This document shows positions 43,375 to 56,530 of a stretch of DNA of 64,000 bases, piece after piece. Below the pieces are notes generated by a model. That model made no database searches and was not told where the DNA came from. It saw only the letters and a program-made list of their open reading frames with translations. Made by a program: the position numbers and the translations under genes. Location of the stretch: assembly GCA_964016885.1 (NCBI GenBank), contig CAXHJY010000743.1:17400-81399 (forward strand). The letters are read 5' to 3'. This DNA is from Eledone cirrhosa (Eukaryota). The stretch's first letter is position 1, and every line of letters starts with the position of its first letter.

Positions 43375-46300
43375 CATCACCGTTTAACATTCATTTTCCG
43401 CACGATGGCCTGATTTAGACGAGTTGTCCCGTTGTGAGACAAGTCAGATCAAATAACCATGTCTTGTTCACACACTGTTACTGGCTTGGTTTCTACAGTT
43501 AGACGCCCTTCCTAATGTCAACCCCATTTACAGCATGGACTGGGTGCTTTTTATCGTGGCACCAAAACTACCAACTGACTGGATGCTTTTTTGTCATGTC
43601 ACCAACACGACCACTTTACAAAGTGGGCTGAGTGCTTTTCTCGTGCCACCAACACGACCACTTTACAGGGTAGACTGGATGCTTTTTGTTGTGTCACTAA
43701 TAGGACCACCTTGCAGTGTGGGTTGGGTGCTCTTTCACTAGCATGAATACCTATGATGGACTAGGGTCCTTTGTTGCGTAACCAACATGACCACCTTTTC
43801 GGTGGATAGACTGAAAAGGGCACACAATGACGCTCATACACCCGAGCCACAAATACCCCAATCTTTCTCTCTTGTGCATACACCTGCTCCTTCTGCCCCA
43901 CCTTCACCTACATACAAGATTACGACCCGTTCCGGTCGGAGAGTCCACTGGCCCAAAAAGTTCTGCCAAACTATTTTTATGTGAACTGGCCACTGGAGCC
44001 TTTTTTTTTTTTTTGCTGTTCTTGTTATTTATTGATTTATTGTATTACAATGTACCTCTCATTACCATTTCACTGGATGTATATATATGTTTTTCGTTTC
44101 CTTTTACAACGAACATTTTAAAAGAAATTTGATTTTTTTTTACACATTTCGACACAAACACTTCTTTTCGCTGTATCTCAACTATTGCTTATTCTTTCCA
44201 CCAAGCTATATTCTTCTATTTGCCGGTTTAAAAATTTACCACGTAAATTTGCCGTTGAAAACTGCGCATTTATTCAGAATGCTTATTTCTCTGGTCGCTG
44301 GCCTCTTGACCCTTCCAGGTCAACGCATTCACAACATCAACAACAACACAGCTTCATCAACAACCAAAACCAGCAGAACAAGCCAGAGAATTTATTTCTG
44401 CAGCACTCTTCCTGTGAGAAATTCTCTTCGGAAGTTGGAAATTTCACGTTATACCACAGACCAGAAACCACCTGCATTCATTCTCTGGAACACATTCTTT
44501 CCTGCTGTCATGTGATTGCACACATGTGAACTGTATTTTGAACTTTGACCTCTTCTCTTCCTTTGATTACATTGTATCATAATTTTCATGCCTCTTACAT
44601 GCTCGCCATCTTACTCCATGCATGCTTCATTCGATTTTTATGTTTTAAAAATCTGGCGGGAGATAATGTAGCAAGAGTTGCCTCCCTTATGATAATCTCA
44701 TCACCGCTCTCTAGACAGGAAGTAGCTGGAGTTGCTTCCCTTTGGGGGTGACAGACTCCCTGTTGGTCACTTCCGGTCAGACCCTATAAAAGGAACAGGT
44801 TAGGACGATATCTCTCTCTCTCGCCTCCTGAATTCCAAAGTGGTAACACCTGCGACCATAGCATGAGATGATTCCTTTCTCATAATCCTTCGCCACCAAG
44901 AAGAATGCAACCGGCAGCCTAAGAGCCTAAGAAGATGTTAACACCTCCTAGAGAAGATCTCTGTTCTTCTCTACACACTTCAGCCTAGGAGTTGTGATCC
45001 ACGGGTAATGATTCATTTATATTAATCCCTTTGACTTCTGTGAAGTAAAAACATTGTCACAACACACACCGGCATTTATTGTCTTTTGTAATAATTTTAT
45101 ATGTACACCGATACCAATCTCCTAAACCTATGATGGACTAGGGTCCTTTGTTGTGTCACCAACATGACCACCTTATAGAGTGGGTTGGGAGCTTTTAGCT
45201 ATTTCAGAAGCATTGTGGGGGAGCATGTCTAACTTTCCGTTTCTTGGGTTAGACGAGAGAGGTGTATCAAATGTGGAAGGTGAGGGGGAGGTATGGTGCA
45301 TGTATGCAGGATGGGGATTGAAGAGGTAGATCTAAGGTGGGGTACTTAGCTGGTGATGGGTGGAGTTTTAAGATGTGGGAAGTGTTGACAAAGTGCTTTT
45401 TGTTATGGGAGCGGGGAGCAGATTTGGACCATATTTTACTTTCCACACTTGTAGGTAGGGGTTGATTGTGATCAGAGAGGTATTATGGGAGCGTCTATCG
45501 TGGGGAGGGGAAGGAGTATGCAAGTTGGACATGAATGAGGGGAGTGGGGTATTTTGTTGATGAGGGCAAGGATATTAAGACTAGGGAAAGTGAATGGGGA
45601 GAGGATGGAAACGCTAGTTGCAGGCTAGTACCCTGTATATGGTTGTTTTACCCTATGCATATGAAGGCAGGTCTTCTGCAGTACAGCATAAGGCCAGAGA
45701 AGTCGTTCCTTTGAGAGATTTAATTGTGCACGGTCAGCTTTTATCACTTCATCCCAAGCTTTTCTAGGTCTTCCTCTTCCATAGCTACCATCAACATTGT
45801 ACGCACTGTACCTTTTATACATCTGTCATCTTTCATATACATCACATATCCATACCACCTTAATCTCCTTTCCTGCACACTATCTAATCCCCCATATGCC
45901 CAGTTTCTCTTTGTTCATTTATGCTTTGTCCTTCATGCATACTACTATTACACATCCATTGAAGCATGGAAGCTTCATTTCTTTCCAATCTTCGTAGTTC
46001 CTCTGCACACAGTGTCCAGGTTTCACTTCCATGCAACATTGTTGTTTGTACACAAGCATCATACAATCTGCCTTTCATTTTGAGGGGAAAACCCTTTGTA
46101 GTTAGCAGTAGATGGTAGCTCTCTGGACTTTTCCTCCTGTTCTCACTCTGGCTACAGTACTTTCAGAACACCCACCTCCACTGCTAATTTGGTCACCCAA
46201 GTAACAGAAGCTGTCGACTACTTCTACGGAGTCCTCTGAACATTTAATAGAGCTTGTTTCTTGTAAGCTCATGCTGCTTATTGCTCCTGTGCCTCTACAA

Positions 46301-47520
46301 CATATAAAACCTACATTCTTTGCTAGCCTGCCTGAGATCCCCCTACATCTTTTGTATACCCATAGTGTGCATTTGAGACATAAGATGGAATTTCTACTCA
46401 CTCCTTTCCTGCACACAGAGTATGGTTATTTTCCTGAAAGAATCAAGGTCCTGTTTTCTTTCTACTCAATAGAACTTTAGTCTAAACTATGCTTCTAGGT
46501 CAGGAATTGCTAACAACAGATCTCTAATCCCCCCCCCCCTGCACTCTAAATTCCTCACTATAATCATTGTTAATTCTAAACTTGCTGACTGCTCCTCTTT
46601 ACAAGGCTTGAACAGCACTCACAAGCTACTCATCTACACCTAGTCTTCTAAAAGCCCACTAGAGTGAGAGATTTTTTCAAAAGCTTTCTCCAGGTCAACA
46701 AACAACAAGTAGTGGGGCTTATTTTTAGTTAGGTATTTTTAGTAAGGAAGAGGGCATCAGTGGTACTTTTACCTGGCACAAATCCAAACTTTATCTCATC
46801 TAGATTAATTCAGTCCCTAATCAGCTGTGCAATAATTCTGTAACTTTCATGATCTGGCCCGTCAACTTGATGCCTCTATAGTTTCTTCTGCCCTTGTAGT
46901 AATTGACAATGCTGCTGCTATGCCAGTCATTGGGTATGACAACATTTTGTAATACCTGGTTTACAATACGAGTAGTTATCCATCCCAGATGCTTTCAGCA
47001 TCTCAGCAACTACTCCTGATGGTTCAGCTGATTTACCTATTGTCATATCCTTAATTGCCTAACTTACTAGACTGCTGCTAACTTGCATGGCTAGTCCCTC
47101 TATTGGGTTGACTTGGGGCAAGCTATCTTTCTCACATGCATTTTCCTCATTCAGCAGTCTCTCATAATGGTACATCCATGCTACTTTCTTTTCAGTGTTA
47201 GTGAGGGAAAGTGCACCATTGTCGTTTTAGACACACTTCTCTCCAACAACATCACAGTTTTCCTTGCAATCTTGAACACCTCATGTCACAAAATATGCTT
47301 AAATTTTCTATTTTCATCTTGCTAAGTATCCTTGCTAAGTATACTTGTCGCTTACCTTCTTTCCTGATAAGCTTCTCTGCTCCCCCTCATTTTGCCATTC
47401 TTTTTATGCTTGTTTGTTTTTACTTAATTGCCTCATCCACCCTACTATTCCACCACCAAGTTACTCTTCTTCTCCCTGGAGCTTTGCTCCAGCCACAGAT
47501 CTCGTTTGCCTTTAGCAGAT
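43375..47520 (-). mobile_element. Long decayed RTE LINE, interrupted in its 3' UTR by a Gypsy fragment
   Basis: Tail at 43375, ~45-bp UTR minisatellite 43520-43800, GRPRKAW, MLHGSETW, PHD-like segment (46102-46416), DLEKAF, GKSAEPSG. Confidence 0.9.
43798..45125 (+). mobile_element. Gypsy/Ty3 LTR retrotransposon 3' fragment (integrase tail, PPT, 3' LTR)
   Basis: SVDRLKRAH...TTRSGRRVHWP integrase C-terminus. Purine tract GGCGGGAGATAA, then TGTAGC LTR start at 44667. TATAAAA at ~44785. Confidence 0.8.
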
Positions 47521-48027
47521 TATATATATAAATGGACATAAAATGATAATAATGGTGATGTACCATCGTGAATTGAATTTATGATCATGAGCAGAGCACC
47601 CCAACTACTAAGCCATGCACTTTCATATACTTACACACACACACATATATATGATCAATTTTCTAGGTGCCGCTTACTTTCTACCAATGTTTGTGTGTCT
47701 GAGATGTCGCAGTGAAAGGTCCCTCAACTTTACAGGCCTAAATGACATGTCATGCCGCCTGAATACTAGTCGTTTCACCCACCACATCAGGCTAAACCTG
47801 ATCATTAAATGGGTCCTAGCTCGAGTGAATATCCTCAAATGGTAAATCTTTCAATGCTCTCCATTTTAGTGAAGTGAGGGAATGCTTCAGTGGTCTAAGT
47901 GAAGTACTTTGACCCAATCATGAATGGGAACCGGATTACATGCTTGTTTTATAATATTCGTCCTGAATGCATGCTTCTCTATTCAGATCGATAATTTATG
48001 GTGACGGATGTATTCTATGCTTAGACA

Positions 48028-48967
48028 TCTATATATATAAAACTGAGGATGTCTGTCTGTGTGTGTGTGAGTTTGAATTCCTAAAACTCGAGAACCACCC
48101 AACCGACTCTTTTCAAACTTTACACATATAATACCTATGTTTCAGGGAGTGTTCTGAGCAAAAAAAGATTTCAAATTTTCAATACCCTAGGGACCGCATT
48201 AGGCGATTTAGCGATCTCTCTCTATAATTCTTAGTCTTTCTCTTTTTAGATAGATACATAGATATAACGTCGCGCCTTTATAATATCTGTCTGTATGTCT
48301 GGCTGTCTGCATTACGTCACTTCCCTGAGGATGTTTGTCTGTGTGTGTGTGTGTGTGTGTCTGTGAGTTTGAATCCCTAAATCTCGAGAAGTACCCAACC
48401 GACTTTTTTCAAACTTTACATGTGTATTACTTATTTTTCAGAGAGTGTTATGCACATAAAAAAAAATTCAACTTTTTTTTATCTCCTAGGACCCGCATTA
48501 GGTGAAAAAGTGCGTTTTTTCAGGTTTTTAGGGGTCTTTTGAGTCGTTACGTCAGACTGATTTCCTTGAAATTGTAACTATGTATTAGTCAGTCTCTTCT
48601 TCATACCGTGAACAAAGAAAATCCAACTTTTTTATGATCTAGGGCCCGCATTAGGTGAAAAACTTCATTTTTTCAGCTTTTTAGGGCTTTTTTTGAGGCG
48701 TTATGTCCAGCCGATTTTCCCGAAATTTCAAGGCATATTATGCACATAAAAAAATTCATTTTCTTGATCCCCTAGGGGCCGCATTAGGTGAAAACCTGCA
48801 TTTTTCCTGCTTCATCGTGGAAAATCTTAAAGATTATCCAGCCATCAGAGTATTCGGTTTATTTTCTTTACATATTGTGCAGGCATGCATTTTTTCCACG
48901 ATTAGGTCTGTTGGCGGCCCGCGTTCCAAAATACCTTATCCCATGCAACGCCGGGTACCACTGCTAG
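48028..48967 (+). mobile_element. Non-autonomous Helitron
   Basis: A|TCTATATATATAAAA start. Subterminal hairpin CCCATGCAACGCCGGG then CTAG|T end. No TSD. Internal duplications including four CCGCATTAGG modules. Confidence 0.88.
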
Positions 48968-49539
48968 TTATCAATAAATAGGGAAGTGCAAAAGAGATAT
49001 GCAACATCCAGCTCGGTGACACGGTATGGCAACTAGTCACCCTCCCTGCAAGATACCTTAAACGTTGTTTGGGAGCAGCTGCTTTTCCATCGCAACATGA
49101 GAAAAACCCTAAACTGTGATGCGACCTGCAGCGACACTTTCTCCAACAGCAAAAATTGACAAATTCGTGTACATGATGCAAAGAAAGGTTGATTTTTACG
49201 TCTCAAAAAAAAAGTGGGGCATATATTGAAAGAAAAATAGTATTTTAAATAAAATGACAAGATCTCAAAAAGATAATCAGTGTAATTGAAGCTCAGCTAA
49301 CGTCGGTATAGATTTATTAGTTAATTCTGACAGTTGTCAAACTACACCAGTCTATTTCGTTGTGGGAGATAACTCTTAAAAAAATGGCAGACAAGGTGAA
49401 ATTTCTGCCATAGATATTTTAAAGAAACTTCTATGCTGTGGTAAACTTTCGTATATAAATATTTGTGAGCTAGCCTTCACTTACCATCAAATGTGAGTCA
49501 TTTGCTTCACAGAAAATATATTGAAATATAATTCTTTCT

Positions 49540-49835
49540 ATTAGAAATTAGAATAGCTTTCACCGTATTTTTGACTAAAGGAATTTTAGCCTGATAATGG
49601 GGTTTAGAACCCTCAGATAAATGGAAAAAGATGAGTATTGACGTACATGGGAGTCGAACCCACATCTTTGGTTATCGCGACCACTGTGCTACCATTACAC
49701 CAAAACATCACATGGGTTCGACTCCCATGTACGTCAATACTCATCTTTTTCCATTTATCTGAGGGTTCTAAACCCCATTATCAGGCTAAAATTCCTTTAG
49801 TCAAAAATACGGTGAAAGCTATTCTAATTTCTAAT
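49540..49835. repeat. Perfect 123-bp-arm palindrome with 50-nt spacer
   Basis: 49540-49662 is the exact reverse complement of 49713-49835. Confidence 0.97.
49639..49709 (-). pseudogene. tRNA-like cloverleaf (atypical anticodon loop CGCGATA); tRNA pseudogene or SINE head
   Basis: GATGTTT TG GTGT-AATGGTA-GCAC A GTGGT-CGCGATA-ACCAA AGAT GTGGG-TTCGACT-CCCAT GTACGTC A. T5 run about 10 nt downstream. Lacks U33. Confidence 0.7.
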
Positions 49836-52371
49836 TTCAAACCTGCTCACTGTTTCAAAATATACTTATTTATAATTCTTTCTATTTTGGCCTAATGTTC
49901 TTCCATGAGACTGTATCATGACGAATATTTTTCATTCAGCATATAGGTAACCAAACTATAAATCGCTTTCTTCAGAATTTAGCAGAAAATTGATGCAACT
50001 ACGAAGAGGTGCCACTAAATAGATTTTATACTATTCTCCAGTATAGTGATGAAAATGAAAAGGAAGATTTTACCAAGAGAGGTAACTTGTAGTTGCAGCA
50101 GTTTCTGATCTATCTCACGACAAACTAACGTCTTCTAGCAACTGAATGGTTAAAAAATAAAATAGAATCAGAAACCAAAATATAATAATAACACGAATAT
50201 CATAATTGTTTCCAAAGAAACAAACAATAATGTGTCAAATATGTATTTTTGCAATATAAACCAAACTCAAATTTCTCTCTCAAAAGATGCACTTTGGATG
50301 AAATTACCTTAAGGTTCACAAACAAGCTACTTACAGACTTTGAGAAACTGACCAGTAGTGCAAGAGAAACATCATACTAATTCTTGAATTGGGCAAAATG
50401 TTGTGGGGAAACTACAGAGAAATAGCACTCACTTCTTTAGCTATCAAACTGATAAACAAAATTTTAGAATCGAATTTAATCTGTATTCAATTTCCATTTG
50501 AGACCAAGCCAAAATGGTTTTAGGGCAAGCTGGTGAACAGCATAATAATTACTATTCTAATGGTGTGAAAATAGTTTTAATTCGTTTGAAAGTATGTCTA
50601 ACCCAGGCCCCGTCTAACCCATACTAGTGTGGGAAATAGATGTTAAACGATATGATGATGATATTAAATAAAATATTTTCTTTTCCACTTGATCTTTTTT
50701 TTCTTTTTTACTGTTTAGTTAAGGATACTTTTCAGGAACAAGTAATGATCTTAATTCGTTCTTGAAGGCCGTTCATCAACCAAAACTATTTCCCCCGTAT
50801 GAAATGTTGAGAGAGAAACTGTGTGAAAGACAGATACATATCCCTATAGTAACTAACTACACAACAAGTGACGCTTTCCTGTTGATATTCTCAACTTGTC
50901 AGCAACCGTTGTGTTCATTACTCGAGAAACTGTTTGTCAACTGAGATGTTTTATGTTTGGAAAAAATTGTTCATGAACCGAGGTTCCACTATATGAAAAA
51001 CTGAATAAATAAAAGATATAGTGAAAAAGAAAGAATACTCCTGCTGACCCAATCGAGGGACCAACTATCAAAATTGACAATTATAAAGTTAAAGAAGCAA
51101 TTAAGGAGATGAAAAATGGTAATGCCACTGGTTCATCAGAGATAGTCTCAGAGATACTGAAATATTCTGGGGAAGTAGAAGCTAAGTTAGTCACTCACAT
51201 AATCAATCAGGTAACATGTGATATGATTATACCCAATACTGGCATAATGGTATACTCATTAATTGTTACAAGGGAAATATTGATACAGCTTGTGAGCAAG
51301 ATATAGAAAACTGAATAAATCAGAGATATAGGGAAAAAGAGAGAAAGCAAGAGACGGAAAGTATTTGAACAAGCACTATTTCACATTTACAGATTATCTA
51401 GTGTGTGTAAGTTCACAAATGTGTATGTATCTAGTATATGCAAATATGATATGCATACACAAGCTAACCATTAACTGTTGAGTATAATAGCCAGAAAACA
51501 GAAATAAAATACAGATTTTAGAAAGCAATAACAATCTCAAAAATTTAATATTTTTGGCCGATTTCAAAAATTCTGATTTAGACAATCAAACAAACAAAAT
51601 AAATTCTTTAAAAATTAATTTTTGTCAAAACAAGTCAGGACTTTATGCATATATTAATACTTACTGCCCATGGATATTGCTTTCCTGCTCAGATTGCTGC
51701 AGCCTTACAGATATGTAATCAGAGAAGTCAGCTTCACCGTTCTTTCCGGTTCCTTTCCTTTAAATACAGACAATGCAACCAATCTCCAGACTTCAGTCAG
51801 ATATGTCCATCTGCTCTTCAGTCCACTTTGTCCTTCCAAGTTTGGCAATCACAATATATGGCACTTCCTTTAGATCCCCTTCAATCTTCTCTACATCCTG
51901 CTGATTAGGTTTGCCATTTCTAGAAAAAGTGTCAATGCATTTCCCTACAAATTAGGGTTGCTAATTTAAGCTAGTTTTTACTGCATCTAGCTAAATAACA
52001 GATAGAAATCTGTGATTATTCTGCTTCATTATAATCATAAATAAAACTTGCACTCATATCCTTTACAAACTACATTTTCTTACCAAACCTTAATGTTCCT
52101 AACACATTAAAAACACAACTTTGAGATGAATCTTTAGCAGTTCAGCATGGTATTTCATCCACTTCACCAAATGTCCTTCAGGAGTCCATGAAAGAACTGG
52201 ACAAAAACCCCACCCCTACTAGATGCTTTCAGCATCTCAGCAACTATTCTCGATGGCCTCGCTGCTTTGTCTTACTACACTGCTACTGACTTGTACCGCT
52301 GGTCCCTCTATAGAGTCCACCTGGGGCAGGCTATCTTCTTACATATTCTCCTCATAATTGTTTCTGATTTA

Positions 52372-54056
52372 TAATATAATAATTAAATTATTGTGTACAG
52401 TGCTCAGGTGCACTACAACTTGTCAAAGGTGCATGTATAGTACATAGAAAATGTCAGGGAAGTGAATAGTGTATGAGTCATGATATACATGTGTGCGGGT
52501 GTATGGAGGGGGAATATTAGGTGTAGTGTTGGCGAATCTCAGGAAGCATGGAGGTTTTAAAGGATGCAGTGTCTCGACAGCTAATAACTGATGCAGGTAG
52601 TTTGTTCCATGCTTCAGCAACTCTGAGTGTGAAAAAATGTTTCTGAAAGTCATGAGATCTGTGCTGTTTTCTGACTTTGTGGGTATGCCCACGTGTGTTA
52701 GACACATGGAAATCAAAAAGGTACTCAGGGTTGTTGTTGGCAACATGGTTAATAATTTTGTGGGTGTTTACCAAGTCAGTTGCCAGACGTCGGAGCTTCA
52801 ATGTAAGTAAGGTGTTCAGAGTATGGTAGATGCCTGATGGAGGTATTCGCTTGGTTGCACGTCTCTGAACAGTTTCCAGGCGGTCAATGTTCTGAGCAAG
52901 ATAGGGGTTCCAGACTGGTGATGCAAATTCTAAGTGTGGCCGCACCATAGCTATATACAGCTTTAAATAGATAGCTGGAGAGTGGCTGACAAAGGTCTTT
53001 CTGAGTGATGTTAAGACACCCTCGGCCTTCTTGACAATTTTAGAGACGTGCCTCGTCCAACGCAAATCGCTGCTGACCGTAATGCCCAGGTCACGTTCAC
53101 AAGAAGACTTCTTGATATTAGTGTTGTGGAGGGAGTATGTGGACGCTGGGTTTTTACTCCCAAAATTCATAGTGGTGCACTTGTCCACAGCTACCTTGAG
53201 TTGCCAATCTGTGATCCATTGTTGCATTGTGTCCAGGTCAGATTGCAGGCAAGATCTATAGTGTTCAGGATCTGTCCTTTTTATCTCAAGGTACAGCTTG
53301 ATGACATCTGCATATTTCAGTACTGTGGCATTCTTTAAGTTGGCATCTATGTCATTAATATATGCCACAAACAAAAGGGGGCCAAGAACAGATCCCTGTG
53401 GTACACCAGATGACATCTCATATGGTGAGGAATGCTGTCCTAGAACCATGACTACCTCTCTTCAACTGAGAATGAAGGACTTCAACCAGTTAAAAAGATC
53501 ATCCTTCACACCCATTGCAGAGAGTTTTGCCATAAGTCTTTTGTGTGGCACAGACTTGAAAGTTTAGCAAAGTCAAGGTTAACAACATCCACTCATGAGC
53601 CGCCATCAGTGATCCGGGTGATGTCTTCAAGAAACTCGATAAGTTGATCACAGCAGCTGGAGTTAGGGATAAATCCAAATTGCGAAGGCTGGATAAGACT
53701 GTGAGAGTTCCAGAAGTTCCAAAGCGTTTCTCTGACACAGGATTCCATCAGTTTGCAATGCAGCTAGTAAGACTGACTGGACGATAGTTCACAGGTGATG
53801 TGCGGTCACCCTTTTTGAACAGAGGAATGACACTGGCAGTTTTCCACTGTTCTGGAGTAGCACCGTTGTTCAAAAAGAATTGGAAGAAGCGTGATAACTG
53901 GTGCAGAAGGAGGTACCCACCACGTTTGAGAAGCAGGTACGTAACACCATCAAGACCAGGAGAGGCATGGTTGCATTTATGTTTAAGCATTGCAGGTGTA
54001 TATTCCATAGTTGAAAAGTGAAGCATGTTGAGGTTAACAGTTGAACACGTGACCAC
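52372..54056 (-). mobile_element. CR1-clade LINE, 5'-truncated
   Basis: NYRPVSLTS, SGVPQGSVLGPLLF, YAD(V), ERDLG, VRPHLEFASPVWNP and TRGH..K motifs. AT-rich tail at ~52372. Confidence 0.95.
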
Positions 54057-54235
54057 CAGTTTCCTAGTCTAGTACGCTAGCCAATGACCCCCAACAATTT
54101 TAGGGGAGAGGAATGTCGATTAAATTGACCCCAGTGCATTACTGGTGCTTTATTTTATCGGCCCCTGTAAGGATGAAAGGCAAAATTATACTTCCATGCT
54201 GCCTTCTGTTTGGTTTCAGTCAAGGCAAGTGCACA

Positions 54236-54403
<168 letters not shown>

Positions 54404-55033
54404 AGTTTTAAAAATAATACAAGTGACAGCATGAAGGATGCTGAAAACTTGGAGATGGACTTGCAAACAGGAATTTGTCAATTCTATTTTGAATATACCT
54501 CTATTCTAAAAAAAATTGAAAGAGAAAAACAATGGAGTTTTCTTTATAATTCTAAATAATACATTTTAAAAATGTATTATTTCTTTTTGTTCAAAATTCT
54601 GTTGACAGGTAATAGCCAATGTCATACATTAGGAAGTTTCTGGAATCTAGATGGTGAATTGCTTGCAACTGTCTGACAGATTGGTAGTAAAAAAAAAATT
54701 TATGTGACTGCATCATTTTAAGTTTTTGAAGTTATCTTCCAGAAAATATATTGAATTCTTTTTTAATAATTCCATAGAGGTTTCTTCAAATAATCAAAAG
54801 AAATCATTAATATTACTAAAACATATCAATTTGATTGTTTTAATAGTTAATTATTAGTAGTTTTAATATACTGCTGGAAATGTTAGCTCATATAGTCACC
54901 CAATACCATGACAAGAGTTATGATTGTTATAAATAGTAGAATACCAGAATAAATGTTTACAATATATAATTTTGTCACTCTGTTCTGAGTTCGAATTTTA
55001 CTGGTGTAAACTTTACTTTACATCCCTCTAGAA

Positions 55034-55324
55034 CAGTGGTTCTTAACCTGGGGTAAAAGAACCCCCAAGGAGTGCGAGATTCAGTTCTTTGGGGCTCAGA
55101 AAAGCAAGAACAGAAGTCGCATTAAAGATTAAAATATTTTGATTGGATATTTTCTGTTATTTTCAAAAATTTGTATTTATTAATCGAAGTAGTTAATTAA
55201 TTAAATAGTAACAGCTAAGTAGCTGATAATTTAACCTGAAAATTCAAGTTCTTTTGTCTTAGATGCGGGATGGAATTTCAAAATTTCCAGGGGTGCCACA
55301 ATAGGAAAAGGTTAAGAACCACTG
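55034..55324. mobile_element. hAT (Charlie-like) MITE inserted in an older SINE
   Basis: TIRs CAGTGGTTCTTAACCT / AGGTTAAGAACCACTG. 8-bp TSD CTCTAGAA / CTCTAGAG. Confidence 0.92.
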
Positions 55325-55363
55325 CTCTAGAGTGATTGAAAAAGGTACCATTATAAATACAGG

Positions 55364-55581
55364 TAGGGTGGTGGATTGGAAGTATTCATAGAACGTCAGA
55401 CAACATGCTTCGCAGCATAGAGTTACGGCCATTTGCGTTCTAAGTTCAAATCCTGCCGAGGTTAGCCTTGCCTTTCATCCTTACAAGGTTGATAAAATAA
55501 AGCACCAGTAATGCACTGGGATTGATTTAATCGATTTTCCCTTCCCCCAAAATTGCTGCCTTTGTGCCTAAAGTAGAAACA
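55364..55581 (+). mobile_element. Full-length MetaSINE-like SINE with 14-bp TSD
   Basis: TSD ATTATAAATACAGG on both sides. Same body as 17032. Confidence 0.88.
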
Positions 55582-56260
55582 ATTATAAATACAGGCAATG
55601 TACTTTAGTTAATTTTATTGAATATACTCTTCTCTAACATTTATCGTCCTGATACCTTATCAAAGAAATCTATACGTATTATATTTGCAAATAAAAATTA
55701 TCTCAGGGTTTCAAATCTGCTATTTTTTTCTTAATTCATTTAATTTTTTACTATTATATATCATCAGCATTATAGCATAATAGTTGTTGACTGATATAGT
55801 GTTGTAATTAATTTTTGATGGCTGAGATAGTAACTAATGCTCAATGACCTACATAGCATTGTAGTTCAATGTAGAAAAAAAATGAGATCAAAGTCCAAAG
55901 TGAAGTGAATTGTACTATAAATTCTAAATATAATATTGACCCCTTTTAGTGTTGCGAATATTTCTAAATAAGGTTTTTAATTGATTGAATTGACCCAGGT
56001 ATATAACTAGTATTTATTTTATTGACTATATAAGTAAAGGTAAAATGTGGATGAAATAAAAATTCAGGATGTAGACAGATAATTCTAAATAGAGTGTTTA
56101 ATGGGAAATGGAAGAGAATCAAAGACAAAAAGGACAAATATGAAATGATACATATTATAAAACATCTGAAATAGTTATATTAATCAATAATTATTTTATC
56201 ATGTAGCTAACCAAGCATTTGACACAGTCTTTGATAATTTATTTCAGTAAGTTATATATG

Positions 56261-56530
56261 TGGAGACGTGTGGCTTAGTGGTAAGTGTTTTGGACTTACG
56301 ATCATAATGTCATGGTTTGATTCCTGGGCTGAGTTGCGTGTTATGTTCTTGAGCAAAACACTTCATTTTATGTTGCTCCAGTATACTCAGCTGAAATGAG
56401 TAGCAGCAATAGCTGGGGGTTTAACCCTGCGATGGACTGGCATCCTGTCCAGAGGAAAGTCTTGTACTCTCAGTCACTTCACGCCATGAAACCGGGATAA
56501 GTACCAGCCTAACAAGCCTTCTGGCTTAGA
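56261..56530 (+). mobile_element. tRNA-derived SINE
   Basis: TGGCTTAGTGG A box, GGTTTGATTCC B box, TTCTTGAGCAAAACACTT core. Confidence 0.8.

Noticed and set aside
43520-43800. Repeat-spacer-like pattern
   Set aside because: Degenerate tandem minisatellite belonging to the RTE 3' UTR.
44087-44751. ORFs of 68-142 aa as an env-like gene
   Set aside because: Low-complexity sequence with no recognisable motif; likely the untranslated region between integrase and the LTR.
50990-51345. ~44-bp direct repeats around an RTE fragment, suggesting a long TSD
   Set aside because: The left copy aligns with the RTE body itself, so it is more simply a local duplication within a decayed element.
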